NCBI GenBank assembly: GCA_040081625.1
Contig: JBEBGD010000049.1
Span: 1-38,290, forward strand
Direction: 5' to 3'
DNA from: Chthoniobacteraceae bacterium
GTDB taxonomy: Bacteria; Verrucomicrobiota; Verrucomicrobiia; Chthoniobacterales; Chthoniobacteraceae
Length of the DNA stretch: 38,290 nucleotides
In this document: piece by piece, positions 18,700-29,300 of the stretch
Layout of the letters: every line of letters begins with the position of its first letter
Numbering within the stretch: the stretch's first letter is position 1
Made by a program: the position numbers and the translations under genes
The notes under the pieces: generated by a model
What the model was told of the DNA's origin: nothing
The model's database searches: none
Seen by the model: only the letters and a program-made list of their open reading frames with translations

Positions 18700-19592
18700 T
18701 GAGGGATGCCGTGTCGGAAGGGGTCGCGCTCGTCGAAGAGCAGCGTTGATTCCGCAGTGATGTGCGCGGTGCCGGTGATCGTCGGAGCGATCAGGCCGCG
18801 CACGCGGTCGAGCCAGCGATAGCTCGCGGCGAAGGTGCTGCCGATGATGCTCTCCTGCACCAGCGGCGCGCCCTCCGCGAGCGCGCCATCGGCGGCGAGG
18901 CACGCGAGCCGCGCGCTTGTGCCTGTGCCGCACGGCGAGCGGTCGTAGGCTTTGCCGGGGCAGAGCACGAAGTTGCGCGCGCCGTCGTAGAGGATGACGT
19001 GATCAACTTCGGGAAAGCCGCCCTCATTCACCGCGAGCCGCGCGCGCCACGCGTAATCGGTGAGCGCATCGACGTTCGCGCGATCGAGCCGCTGGCCGTG
19101 GTCGTCGATGAGGAAGAACCAGTTCCCGCCATACGCCACGTCGCCGGTGAAGCCGCCGACGCACACCGCCTTCGCCTTGCGATGCGACGGCACGTTCACC
19201 ACCGATGCGGAGCCATCCGCGTGCAGTGTCGCACTCACGACGCCGACTGGAGTTTCGATCCGATGCGAACCCGGCACGATGCGCCCGAGGTGTGCGAGCG
19301 TGACGATGAGCCCGATCGAGCCGTGGCCGCACATGCCGATGCAGCATTCGTTGTCGAAGAAGATGACGCCCGCCGCGCACGAGGGGTCCGCCGGCTCGAC
19401 GAGCAGTGCGCCGACGAGCACATCGCTTCCGCGCGGCTCGAGGATGACGGCGCGCCGGAAGTCGTCGTGCTGCGCGCGGAAGACCGAAAGCTTCTCCGCG
19501 ACGCTGCCGCCGCCGAGGTCCGGCCCGCCGGCGATGACGACGCGAGTCGGCTCGCCGCCGGTGTGGGAGTCGATGACTTGGACGCGTTTCAC
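18696..19592 (-). CDS. Proline racemase family protein, probable 4-hydroxyproline 2-epimerase
   Basis: GTG start at 19592 (GTGA overlap). [16 protein letters not shown], and both catalytic cysteines ([13 protein letters not shown]). Confidence 0.9.
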   Translation of the reverse strand: MKRVQVIDSHTGGEPTRVVIAGGPDLGGGSVAEKLSVFRAQHDDFRRAVILEPRGSDVLVGALLVEPADPSCAAGVIFFDNECCIGMCGHGSIGLIVTLAHLGRIVPGSHRIETPVGVVSATLHADGSASVVNVPSHRKAKAVCVGGFTGDVAYGGNWFFLIDDHGQRLDRANVDALTDYAWRARLAVNEGGFPEVDHVILYDGARNFVLCPGKAYDRSPCGTGTSARLACLAADGALAEGAPLVQESIIGSTFAASYRWLDRVRGLIAPTITGTAHITAESTLLFDERDPFRHGIPQ

Positions 19593-20503
19593 TTCCGCCT
19601 CGGCACCTTTGGCGCGGTGGCGATGGTCTCGCGGATGATCTTCAACACGCCTTTGCGCTCTGCGCCGGTGAGCGGCAACCGTGGGGCGCGCGTCCACTCC
19701 TTGCCCAGCCCGCACTCCTGCACGGCGAGCTTGATGTATTGCACGAACTTCACATGCACATCGAGGTGCATGAGCGGCGTGAACCAGCGATAGACCTCGC
19801 GCGCCTTCTCCCACTCGCCGCGCTGCATCAGTTCCCACAGCCATTGATTGTGCGCGGGCAGCGCGATGCCGGCGCCGGCGACCCAGCCGTCGATGCCGAG
19901 CACGGCGCTTTCGAGGACAAGATCATCGACGCCGGTGAACAGCGCGTAGCGGTCGCCGACGACGCGGCGGAGGTCGGTGAGGCGGCGCGTGTCGCCGCTG
20001 CTCTCCTTGATCGCGACGAAATTCTTCACGCTCGCGAGCCGCGCGAACATCTCCGGCGTCACCTCGTTCGCGTAGCTGATTGGGTTGTTATAAATCATCA
20101 GCGGCAGCCCGGTCGCCTTCGCCACGGTGCGGAAATGCGCGAGCCGCTCCTCGGGATCGGGTGAGCGATAGCTCATCGGCGGGAGCACCATCGCGCCGTC
20201 GGCGCCGAGCTTCTCGCAGTCGCGCACGTAGCGCGCGGCCTCGGCGGTCGCGGCTTCGGCCACGCCGCTGAGCACGGGCACTCGGCCCTTCGCGGCGCGC
20301 ACCATTTCGCGCATCACGAGCCGCTTCTCGTCGCCAGAGAGCGTCTGGTTCTCGCCGAGCGAGCCGAGGAAGACGATGCCCGCGACGCCGCTCGCGATGA
20401 GCGCATCCGCGTGGCGAGCGGTCGCCTCGAGGTCGAGCGAACCGTCGCGGTGCATTTGTGTGGTAATGGCGGGGAAGACGTCGCGCCAGCGAGTTGAGGG
20501 CAT
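19589..20503 (-). CDS. DapA/DHDPS-family protein, probable Delta1-pyrroline-4-hydroxy-2-carboxylate deaminase
   Basis: ATG at 20503 ([15 protein letters not shown]). GSLGE, IYNNP and IKESSGD (Schiff-base Lys); adjacent to the Hyp epimerase. Confidence 0.82.
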   Translation of the reverse strand: MPSTRWRDVFPAITTQMHRDGSLDLEATARHADALIASGVAGIVFLGSLGENQTLSGDEKRLVMREMVRAAKGRVPVLSGVAEAATAEAARYVRDCEKLGADGAMVLPPMSYRSPDPEERLAHFRTVAKATGLPLMIYNNPISYANEVTPEMFARLASVKNFVAIKESSGDTRRLTDLRRVVGDRYALFTGVDDLVLESAVLGIDGWVAGAGIALPAHNQWLWELMQRGEWEKAREVYRWFTPLMHLDVHVKFVQYIKLAVQECGLGKEWTRAPRLPLTGAERKGVLKIIRETIATAPKVPRRK

Positions 20504-20593
20504 GGCAGCGGATGTTGTGTCGCCGCGCGGCGATGGCAAGCCTGCCGCTACGGGGAGCTTGCCGGCGGCGCGGGCAAACGGTGAACTCGCGCC
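20504..20593. promoter_or_regulatory. Divergent promoter region with a 14-bp palindrome
   Basis: TCGCCGCGCGGCGA (20520-20533); GGCAAGC...GCTTGCC (20535-20563) provides TTGCC -35-like hexamers facing both ways. Confidence 0.4.
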
Positions 20594-22195
20594 ATGCGCA
20601 TCCTCTTCGCTCTCATCGCCGCCTTCACGCTCGCCCGCGCTGCGGAGCGCCCGCCAAACGTGCTCTTCATCATGGCCGACGATCTCGGCTACTCGGACCT
20701 CGGCTGCTACGGCTCGGAGATCGCGACGCCGAATCTCGATGGGCTCGCGAAGGGCGGGCTGCGGTTCACGCAGTTTTACAACACGGCGCGCTGCTGGCCT
20801 TCGCGCTCGGTGCTGCTCAGCGGCTACTACGCGCAGGCGATCCGGCGCGACTCGGTGCCGGGTGTGCCCAGCGGTGGAAAGGGCGTGCGGCCCGCGTGGG
20901 CGCGGCTCTTGCCCGAGATGCTCAAGTCGCGCGGTTACCGCTCGTATCATGTGGGCAAGTGGCATGTGGACGGCAAGCCGCTCGAGGCCGGCTTCGACCA
21001 CAGCTACGAGATCGGCGGCGGGCAGAACAACTTCTTCAGGGCCGGCGCGACCGACGATGGCAAGCCTGTGCCGCAGACCGATGACTTCTACTCCACTACC
21101 TCGACCGCGGATCACGCGATCAAATACCTGAGGGAGCACGCGGAGAAACACGCAGACAAGCCGTTCTTCACCTACCTCGCATTCATCGCGCCGCACTTCC
21201 CGCTGCAAGCGCCGGCAGCGGACATCGCGAAGCATCGCGACCGTTACCGCGACGGTTGGAACGTGGTGCAGGCCGAGCGCTACAAACGGCTGCTCGACCT
21301 GCGCATCGTCGGCAGTCCGCTGCCCACGATGGAGCGCGAAGTCGGCCCGCCCTACGCCTTCCCCGATGCGATGAAGAAGCTCGGTCCCGGCGAGGTGAAC
21401 CGCCCGCTGCCGTGGTCGGAGTTGTCGAGCGAGCAGCGCGATTTTCAGGCGGCGAAGATGAGCGTCCACGCCGCGATGATCGATCGGATGGACGTGGAGA
21501 TCGGCCGCGTGCTCGCGCAGCTCAAGGCGATGGGGCAGCTCGACAACACGATCATTTTCTTCGCCTCCGACAACGGCGCGAGCGCGGAGATCATGGTGCG
21601 CGGCGAGGGCCACGATCCCACCGCAGCGCCAGGCTCGGCGAAGACTTATCTCTGCCTCGGGCCTGGCTGGTCGAGCAGCTCGAATACGCCATTCCGCCGC
21701 CACAAGACGTGGGTGCATGAAGGCGGAATCAGCACGCCATTCATCGCGCATTGGCCAAAGGGCATCGCGGCGCGCGGCGAACTGCGGACGAATCCCGGGC
21801 ATCTCATCGACATCGTGCCGACCGTGCTCGAACTCGCCGGAGCGAAAGCGCCCGAGTCGCCCGTGCCGCTGCATGGGAAGTCGCTCGTGCCAGCCTTCGC
21901 GAAGGACGGCGCGGTGAAGCGCGACTTCCTGTGGTGGCAGCACGAAGGGAATCGCGCGGTCCGCGTCGGCGACCTGAAGCTCGTCGCCGCGAAGGATCAG
22001 CCGTGGGAACTCTACGACCTCGCGACTGACCGCGGAGAGACGAAGAACCTCGCCACTTCGCAGCCCGCCAAAGCGCGCGAACTCGAACAGGCGTGGACGC
22101 GGAACGACAGCGAGTTCCGCGAACTCGCGCTGCGCGACGCTCCGCCACCCGCCCCCGAAAGACCGGGGAAGAAGCGCAAGGGTGCCGGCGAGTAG
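20594..22195 (+). CDS. Secreted arylsulfatase (S1 family)
   Basis: 533 aa. Signal peptide; PNVLFIMADDLG; RCWPSR; GKWH; APHFPLQ; SDNG. Confidence 0.93.
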   Translation: MRILFALIAAFTLARAAERPPNVLFIMADDLGYSDLGCYGSEIATPNLDGLAKGGLRFTQFYNTARCWPSRSVLLSGYYAQAIRRDSVPGVPSGGKGVRPAWARLLPEMLKSRGYRSYHVGKWHVDGKPLEAGFDHSYEIGGGQNNFFRAGATDDGKPVPQTDDFYSTTSTADHAIKYLREHAEKHADKPFFTYLAFIAPHFPLQAPAADIAKHRDRYRDGWNVVQAERYKRLLDLRIVGSPLPTMEREVGPPYAFPDAMKKLGPGEVNRPLPWSELSSEQRDFQAAKMSVHAAMIDRMDVEIGRVLAQLKAMGQLDNTIIFFASDNGASAEIMVRGEGHDPTAAPGSAKTYLCLGPGWSSSSNTPFRRHKTWVHEGGISTPFIAHWPKGIAARGELRTNPGHLIDIVPTVLELAGAKAPESPVPLHGKSLVPAFAKDGAVKRDFLWWQHEGNRAVRVGDLKLVAAKDQPWELYDLATDRGETKNLATSQPAKARELEQAWTRNDSEFRELALRDAPPPAPERPGKKRKGAGE

Positions 22196-22219
22196 CGCGG
22201 AATCGAACTCCATCGCCCC

Positions 22220-23689
22220 ATGACCTCCATCCGCCTCATCGCCCTCGCCCTTCTCTCCATCGTCGTCGCGGCGCGCGCCGCGGAGCGACCGCCAAACATC
22301 ATCTACATCCTCGCCGACGACCTCGGCTACGGCGACGTGCGCGCGCTCAATCCGCAGCGCGGGAAGATCGCGACGCCGCACCTCGACAAGCTCGCGGCGC
22401 AGGGCATGACCTTCACCGATGCCCACAGCGGCTCGTCGGTCTGCACGCCGACGCGATATGGCGTGCTCACCGGGCGCTATGCGTGGCGCACGCGGTTGCA
22501 GAGCGGTGTGCTCAGCAACTACGATGAACCGCTCATCGCCGCGGATCGGCTGACGGTTCCCGCGCTGCTCAAGCAGCACAGCTACCACACCGCCTGCATC
22601 GGCAAATGGCACCTCGGATTCACGATCGAAGGCGGAGGTGCGAAGAAAGCGAAGAGCGAGGGCAAGACGATAGGCGCGCCGCTCGGCTCGGTGACGCGCG
22701 ACGGGCCGACGACGCGCGGCTTCGACGAGTTCTTCGGCTTTCATCACGCGCGCATGATGAGGTCGGTTTTCGAGAACGATCGCGTCGCGCAGATCGTGGA
22801 GCCCGTGGACATGCTGCCGGCGCTGGCAGCAAGGGCGTCCGCGTATGTGACCGAACGCGCGAAGACCGCGCAGCCCTTCTTTCTCTACCTGCCGCTGAAC
22901 TCGCCGCACACGCCCATCGTGCCGTCGAAGGCGTGGCAGGGAAAGAGCGGGCTCGGCGACTACGGCGACTTCGTGATGGAGACCGATTGGGCCGTGGGCG
23001 AAGTGCTCGCCGCGCTCGACAAGGCGGGCGTCGCGGAAAACACGCTCGTCATTTTCACGAGCGACAACGGCTGCTCGCCGAGCGCGAAGCTCGACAAGCT
23101 AGAGGCGCAGGGCCACTTCCCGAACGCGCAGTTCCGCGGCTACAAGGCGGACATCTGGGACGGCGGGCATCGCGTCGCCTTCCTCGCGCGCTGGCCGGCG
23201 AAAGTGAAGCCCGGCTCGCAAAGCGCGCAGCTCATCTGCCACACCGATCTCATGGCCACGTGCGCCGATCTGCTCGGCGCGAAGCTCCCCGCCACCGCCG
23301 GTGAGGACAGCGTGAGCATCCTCCCCGCGCTGCTCGGCGTGGACAAGGCGCCGCTGCGTGAAGCGGTGGTGCATCACAGCATCAGCGGCAGGTTCGCCAT
23401 CCGGCAGGGGCCGTGGAAACTGGAGCTCTGCGCCGGCTCGGGCGGCTGGGGAAAGCCGGGCGATGCCGAGGCGAAGAAGCAGGGCCTTCCCGCGGTGCAG
23501 ATCTACAATCTCTCCGACGACATCGGCGAAACGAAAAACGCGCAGGCCGCGCACCCGGAGATCGTCGCGCGCCTTACCAAGCTGCTCGAAGCCTACGTCG
23601 CCGACGGTCGCAGCACGCCCGGCGCAAAGCAGTCGAACGACACGCCGATCGACATCGCCAAGGCGGACGCAAAGGCTCCGAAGGAGTAG
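22220..23689 (+). CDS. Secreted sulfatase (S1 family)
   Basis: 489 aa. PNIIYILADDLG; CTPTR; GKWHLG; SPHTP; TSDNG. Confidence 0.93.
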   Translation: MTSIRLIALALLSIVVAARAAERPPNIIYILADDLGYGDVRALNPQRGKIATPHLDKLAAQGMTFTDAHSGSSVCTPTRYGVLTGRYAWRTRLQSGVLSNYDEPLIAADRLTVPALLKQHSYHTACIGKWHLGFTIEGGGAKKAKSEGKTIGAPLGSVTRDGPTTRGFDEFFGFHHARMMRSVFENDRVAQIVEPVDMLPALAARASAYVTERAKTAQPFFLYLPLNSPHTPIVPSKAWQGKSGLGDYGDFVMETDWAVGEVLAALDKAGVAENTLVIFTSDNGCSPSAKLDKLEAQGHFPNAQFRGYKADIWDGGHRVAFLARWPAKVKPGSQSAQLICHTDLMATCADLLGAKLPATAGEDSVSILPALLGVDKAPLREAVVHHSISGRFAIRQGPWKLELCAGSGGWGKPGDAEAKKQGLPAVQIYNLSDDIGETKNAQAAHPEIVARLTKLLEAYVADGRSTPGAKQSNDTPIDIAKADAKAPKE

Positions 23690-23701
23690 GCCGAAAACGG
23701 C

Positions 23702-24130
23702 TCACCGCCCCGCGCGCTCGATCAACTCGGCGGCGGATTCGCCCGCGGACTTCGGCTGAAGTGCGATCGGCTGCGCGAGCCAGACGTGCGGCTGCGACTT
23801 CGGGCGCCACGCGACCTTTTCCTTGTGCTTGTCGAAGCCCGGCCGCGCCACGCGCAGCTTCACCTCGCGCACCGGGTCGCCCGCAAACGGCCACCACACC
23901 CAGAAGGGCTGCGTGCGCGTGATCTGGTCGGTCTTGAAGCTGCCATCGCGCGCCGTGACGACGCTGGCTTCCTTGTAGCCCTCGACCATCACGCCCGCGA
24001 GATCGACCGGCGCGCCGGTATTCGCATGGATCACCCGTCCGTGGATGCCCGGCGCCACGACGCGCGTCGTCGGGATCGGCAGCGCGCAGCCAGCGAGAGC
24101 GAGCGGGATGATGAGCGCGACGAGTTTCAT
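23702..24130 (-). CDS. Putative lipoprotein with a carboxypeptidase-regulatory-like (transthyretin-like) domain
   Basis: 142 aa. Lipobox LAGC; GRVIHANTGAPV...VTARDGSF; ATGA overlap with the upstream gene. Confidence 0.7.
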   Translation of the reverse strand: MKLVALIIPLALAGCALPIPTTRVVAPGIHGRVIHANTGAPVDLAGVMVEGYKEASVVTARDGSFKTDQITRTQPFWVWWPFAGDPVREVKLRVARPGFDKHKEKVAWRPKSQPHVWLAQPIALQPKSAGESAAELIERAGR

Positions 24131-25200
24131 TCCACGAGTGGCACCGTGCGTTTCTCCCGCGCGCTGAGCACGGCGCTATCGACGATCTGCTGCCCGATCC
24201 GGGCGATCTCGGGGTGCAGCGGATCTTTCAAGAACTCGCCGCCCTCGAGCACGTGCAGCACATACTGGATCGGGTTTTCAAAAGGCGCGGCCACCTTGTC
24301 CACGTTCCACTTTCTGCGCTTCGCATTGCTGCGCGTCTGCACGCGGATGCGCTCGGAGTAATCGTAGGCCGCGATCGTCCCATCGGTGCCGCACACGACG
24401 AAGCCGCACTTCGGCTGCGGCTGGATGGTCCATGGATCGGTGAACGTGCCCCATCGCGTCTCGAACTTCGAGAGTCCCACGTCGTAGCGCGCGACCGCGA
24501 GCGCGTGCTCATCGACCTCGAGCCCCGCCGGGGCATCGACCACCGCGGTCACGTCGATCGGCTTGCGTCCGCCGTGAAACCACGTGCCGAGCGTCGTGCC
24601 GTAGCCCATGTAGTCGAGCAGCGAGCCGCCGCCCGCGCTGCGATGGTAAAACCAGCTCGCCGCCTTCTCCTCGGCGGTCGGGATCTTCTCGAGCTTGTCC
24701 GCGCCGTGATAAAGCGGGCCGCGATTGCCGCCGTAGTAGTTCACACTCGTCACCGTGCCGATCACGCCTTCGTCGATGATCCGCTTCGTCGTCACGTAGC
24801 ACGGCAGCCAGCGCGAGGGCCAGTTGATCGCGAGCAGCTTCCCGCTCTTCGCCTGCGCCGCGACCATCGCATCCGCCTCCGCGAGCGAACCGGCGAACGG
24901 CTTCTCCATCAGGATGTGCGCGCCGTGCGCCGCCACGCGCTGCGTCCACTCGCCATGCCGCGCCGCGGCCGGGCAGAGGATCACGAGATCGGGCTTCGTC
25001 TTCTCCATGCACGCATCGACATCGGTGAAGACGTGGTCGAGCGGGATGCCGAAGTTGCGCTGCGCCTCGCGCATCCGCTCCGGCTGCTCGTCGCAGATGC
25101 CGACGATTTCCGCGTCCGGATGATCCGCCGCGTTGCGCAGCAGGTCGCCCATGTGGAAGTGGTCGAAATTGATCCCGGCGATGCGGTAGCGTTTGGTCAT
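24127..25200 (-). CDS. Gfo/Idh/MocA-family NAD(P)-dependent oxidoreductase
   Basis: Start is the ATG at 25200 (MTKRYRIAGINFDHFHM). HILMEKPFA and GGGSLLDY. Confidence 0.88.
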   Translation of the reverse strand: MTKRYRIAGINFDHFHMGDLLRNAADHPDAEIVGICDEQPERMREAQRNFGIPLDHVFTDVDACMEKTKPDLVILCPAAARHGEWTQRVAAHGAHILMEKPFAGSLAEADAMVAAQAKSGKLLAINWPSRWLPCYVTTKRIIDEGVIGTVTSVNYYGGNRGPLYHGADKLEKIPTAEEKAASWFYHRSAGGGSLLDYMGYGTTLGTWFHGGRKPIDVTAVVDAPAGLEVDEHALAVARYDVGLSKFETRWGTFTDPWTIQPQPKCGFVVCGTDGTIAAYDYSERIRVQTRSNAKRRKWNVDKVAAPFENPIQYVLHVLEGGEFLKDPLHPEIARIGQQIVDSAVLSAREKRTVPLVE

Positions 25201-25293
25201 CGGGGCGCAGTGATTAGCCGGGGTCGCTCGGCGTGACGAGTGGGATTTTCCTTTTGCCTGCGCGGGCGTTCCCGTTTCTCGTCGGCGCCCCAC

Positions 25294-26301
25294 ATGAAAA
25301 AAGCCCTCATCACCGGCATCACTGGCCAGGACGGCAGCTACCTCGCGGACCTGCTCCTCGCGAAGGGCTACGAAGTCCACGGCATCATCCGCCGGGCGAG
25401 CACGTTCAACACGTCGCGCATCGATCACCTTTACACTGACTCGCATGTGAACGGCGTGCGTTTGCACCTTCACTACGGCGACCTCGCCGACGCGCTGAAC
25501 CTCACTCGGCTGATCGATCGCACCGGCCCGGACGAGATCTTCCATCTCGGTGCGCAGAGCCATGTGCGCGTGAGCTTCGACATCCCGGAATACACGAGCG
25601 ACGTGACCGCGCTCGGCACGATCCGCATCCTCGAGGCGCTGCGCGAGAGCAAGGTGCCCGCGCGTTTTTACCAGGCCAGCTCGAGCGAAATGTTCGGCAA
25701 GGTGCAGGCCGTGCCGCAGACCGAGACGACGCCGTTCTGGCCGCGCAGCCCGTATGCAGTCGCGAAGGTGTATGCGTATTGGGCGACGGTGAACTACCGC
25801 GAGAGCTATGGCATGCACGCGAGCAACGGCATCCTCTTCAACCACGAGAGCCCGCGCCGCGGCGAGACCTTCGTCACGCGGAAAATCACACGCGCCGTGG
25901 CGGCGATCAAACGCGGGAAGCAGAAGGAACTCTACCTCGGCAATCTCGACGCGAAGCGCGACTGGGGCTATGCGCGCGAATACGTCGAGGGCATGTGGCG
26001 GATGCTGCAGCAGCCCGAGGGCGGCGACTACGTGCTCGCGACGAATGAGACGCACAGTGTGCGCGAGTTTTGCGAGGTCGCGTTTGCGCACGTCGGGCTC
26101 GACTGGCAGGAGTTTGTGAAATTCGACGCGCGCTACGAGCGGCCCGCGGAGGTCGATCTGCTCATCGGCGATCCGGCGAAGGCGAAGGCGAAGCTCGGCT
26201 GGGAGCCGGCGACGAAGTTCGATGCGCTCACGCGGCTGATGGTGGATGCGGACCTCGCACTGCTCGACGGGGCGCCGCTGCACACGGTCGATCCCGCCTA
26301 G
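25294..26301 (+). CDS. gmd: GDP-mannose 4,6-dehydratase
   Basis: [46 protein letters not shown]. Confidence 0.97.
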   Translation: MKKALITGITGQDGSYLADLLLAKGYEVHGIIRRASTFNTSRIDHLYTDSHVNGVRLHLHYGDLADALNLTRLIDRTGPDEIFHLGAQSHVRVSFDIPEYTSDVTALGTIRILEALRESKVPARFYQASSSEMFGKVQAVPQTETTPFWPRSPYAVAKVYAYWATVNYRESYGMHASNGILFNHESPRRGETFVTRKITRAVAAIKRGKQKELYLGNLDAKRDWGYAREYVEGMWRMLQQPEGGDYVLATNETHSVREFCEVAFAHVGLDWQEFVKFDARYERPAEVDLLIGDPAKAKAKLGWEPATKFDALTRLMVDADLALLDGAPLHTVDPA

Positions 26302-29300
26302 CGGAAACTGGCGGTTCGTCCGATGCCGGGGCGCGGGTCGCGGTCGTTGGCGGTGCTCGCCGGAATGTTGCCGCCGAGGCCGCTGCCGCCGCCGACGGGC
26401 GTGACGGGTTGGTTCGGATTCGGCGTCGGGATGGTGATAGGGCCTCCTTCCCCAAAGGGGTTCGAGCTGGTCGGCGGATCGATCGTGAGCGGGCCGCCCA
26501 AGCCTCCACCCAGCGGAGGCGTGTCGAGCGTGTTCGGCTGGAAGACGAGCGGCGGCGGGGCGCCGTCCGGATACTCGACCATGAGAGGTGGACTGTTGCC
26601 GCCGCGCTTGAGCGCCTCGGGGTTCTTCTCGAAGAAGTCCTTAATCTCCTCGTAGCGCGGATCGCCGGGATAGACCTGATTGTTGTTGGAGTTTGGATCC
26701 ACGTTGTAGTCCGGCAGTGGACCGGTGCCGGAGAGCGTGCCGGCGGGGTCGGTGACGTTGACCGGATTATTGCCGGCGTAGGCGTAGAGGTTCGTGTCTC
26801 CGCCGCCGAAAAGGAGCGCGTCCTTCGCGGTCCAGCGCCCGGCTTCGGCGTCGTAATCGCGCGCGCCAAAGCGCACGAGCCGCGTGTCGGGATCGTAATG
26901 GCCACCGGCGAAGCCGAACGGCTGATAGCCCGGCGCGCTATCTGCGAGCACACGGCCAAAGGCATCGTAGTCGAGCCGCTGCGCGATGGCGCCGGTGCTC
27001 GCATTTACGACCAATCGCACGCTGCCGATCGGGTCGCAGAGGAAGCGAAAGGTGCCCGCGCTCGTGACCATGTAGGCCGGCACATCATCGCGGTCGCCAT
27101 ACACGAAGCGGCTCACGACCGTGCCCGAGCCGTCGAGTTCGGCGACGATGCGGCGCGCGTCCTGGTAAAGCCAGCCGCGCACGAGCGTGCCGCCGACGCG
27201 CTTGCCGATGCGCCGGTCGCGCGCGTCGATCACGTAGGCGATCTGCGTCGCATTCGGCAGCGTGGCGGCGGTGAGATTGCCCGCGGCGTCGTAGCTGAAA
27301 GTGGTCGTCTGTCCGCCGGCGTTGCGCGTGAGCAGATCGCCCGCGGCGGTGTAGGTGAAGGTCGTCGCGCCCAGCGCGGTGAGGCGGTCGCCTGCGTCGT
27401 AAGTGGCGGCGACGGCGCCGGTGGTGAGACGGTTGCCGTTGCCGTCGTAGGTGTAGCTCTCCTGCGTCGCGGCGCCTTTTTTCACCTCGGTCACGCGGCC
27501 CACCGCGTCGTAGCTATAGGTGAAGGTGTCCGACGGGGCCGCGCCGAACCGCTCGACGACCTGCGTGAGGAAGCCGCGTTTGTCGTAGGTATTCGCGAGC
27601 GCAAAAATCGCCGTTCCGTTGAAGCGCGCGGTGTAGCCGGTGACTTCGGCGAAGTCGTCGGTCGTGCGCTCGTCGGTGATGCTGCCCAGCGTCGTGCTGG
27701 CGATGATGCCGCGCTGGAAATCGCGCTGGATGGTCAGCGCTCCCGCGGCGACGAGCAGCCCGTCGTTGTCGAAAGCGCGCGTGATCGTGTTCCCGCCGCT
27801 GACGGTTTGCGTGGCGGTGCGCAGGTTGTTGTCGAGCGTATGCACGACACTGCCCGCGACCGCGCCGGTCCACGTCTCGCTCAGCGGGATGCGGCCATCG
27901 TAGGTGAAGGCGAGCGTATTCCCGTCGGTCTGCGTGATCGAGGTGAGCGCACCGGACGCCGCGCCGTAGGCGTAGGTGTCGGTGACGCCGCCGAGCACGC
28001 GCGTCGCGAGCCGGCCCGCGGCGTCGTAGCTGTAGGCGATGTTTGCGCCGCCGGGGCCCGCATGGAGCGTGAGCTGGCGGTCGTCGTTGTAGCTGAAGTT
28101 AGACGTAATTCCGCCCGGCGCGGTGTAGCTGGTGAGCAGGTCGTCGGGCGAATAGCCGAGCGTGTGCGCCGCGCGGCCCGGCGGCGTGACCAGGGCGAGC
28201 CGGCCCTTTGCATCATAGCCCGTGACGACCACGGCGCCGTCCGCGCGCGTCTGCGCAGTGCGCTGGCCCGCGGCGTCGTAGCTGAAGCGCGCGGTGTTGC
28301 CGAGCGGATCGACGATCGACGCGAGGAAGCCCGCGGCGTTGTAGGTAAATCTCGTCTCCCGCAAGGCCGCGGCCGCGCCCGTCTTCGCGCTGATGCGCCG
28401 GCCGCGCGCGTCGTAGGCGAAGGTCGTGGCGAGGACGTTTGCATAGCTGCGCCGGGTCACGCGGCCCTGCGCGTCGCCGGTGAAGGTGCGCGTGCGGCCG
28501 AGCGGCGAAGTCTCCGTGCTCGTGCGCGTCGCCGCGTCGTAGGCGCGGGTGAAAGTCTGGCCATTCAGCGCGAGCGTCTGCGTGAGCGTAGTGAGCGAGA
28601 AGGGATCGTCGGGATCGCCGAGCGCCGCAGTCTGCGTGCGTGAGAGCGTGAGCACCTTGCCGCCCGGCGTGGTGAAGATGCGCCCGGATTCCGTCGGCGC
28701 CTGCATCGAGAAACGCGGGTCCGGCCCGAGCGTGAGGGCGAGCGTGGTGCCCGTGGGAAAGACGGACGTGCGCGTCCCATTCGGATCGCGGGTCTCGGTC
28801 GTGACGAGGCCGGCGCGGTCGGTGTCGGTGCGCATTTCCACATCGCCTGGGAAGCTCTCGACCTGAAAATCCGCATCCACGCCGAGCGGCGAAGTGAGCT
28901 TCACCGTGTAGCCGCCCGGGAGTCCCGTGCGCGCGAGCGTGAGCGAGTTTGGCCCGGCCACGTCGGCGAGCGTGAGCTGGCCGTCGGCGTTGTAGGTGAA
29001 GGCCGAGACGTTGTTCAGCGGATCGGTCTCGGTGAGCAGCAGGCCGCCCGCGTCGTAGGTGAAGCGATGCGCATTGCCGAGCGGATCGGTCACGCTCGCG
29101 AGGCGTCCGTTCGCGTCGGTGGCGAGGTTCGTTTTCATCCCGAATGGCCCGGCGATCTCCGTCGGCGCGCCGCTCGCCGCGCGCTTGATTTTCGTCTCGT
29201 TGCCGTTCGCGTCGGTGATTTTCACGAGCTGCCCGTCGGCGTCGTAGGCGAACGTGAGCAGCGTCGCGCCGGTGAAAGCGTTCAGCGTCGCGAGATGCCG

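Noticed and set aside
19589..22909. 1106-aa ORF in the track
   Set aside because: Only the last 304 aa (from the ATG at 20503) are DapA-like; the rest is the antisense shadow of the sulfatases.
24127..26283. 718-aa ORF
   Set aside because: The N-terminal half is antisense to gmd; the real gene starts at 25200.
25294..26301. gmd as part of a polysaccharide cluster
   Set aside because: No fcl/rmd or glycosyltransferase is nearby; a stand-alone gmd is unremarkable.
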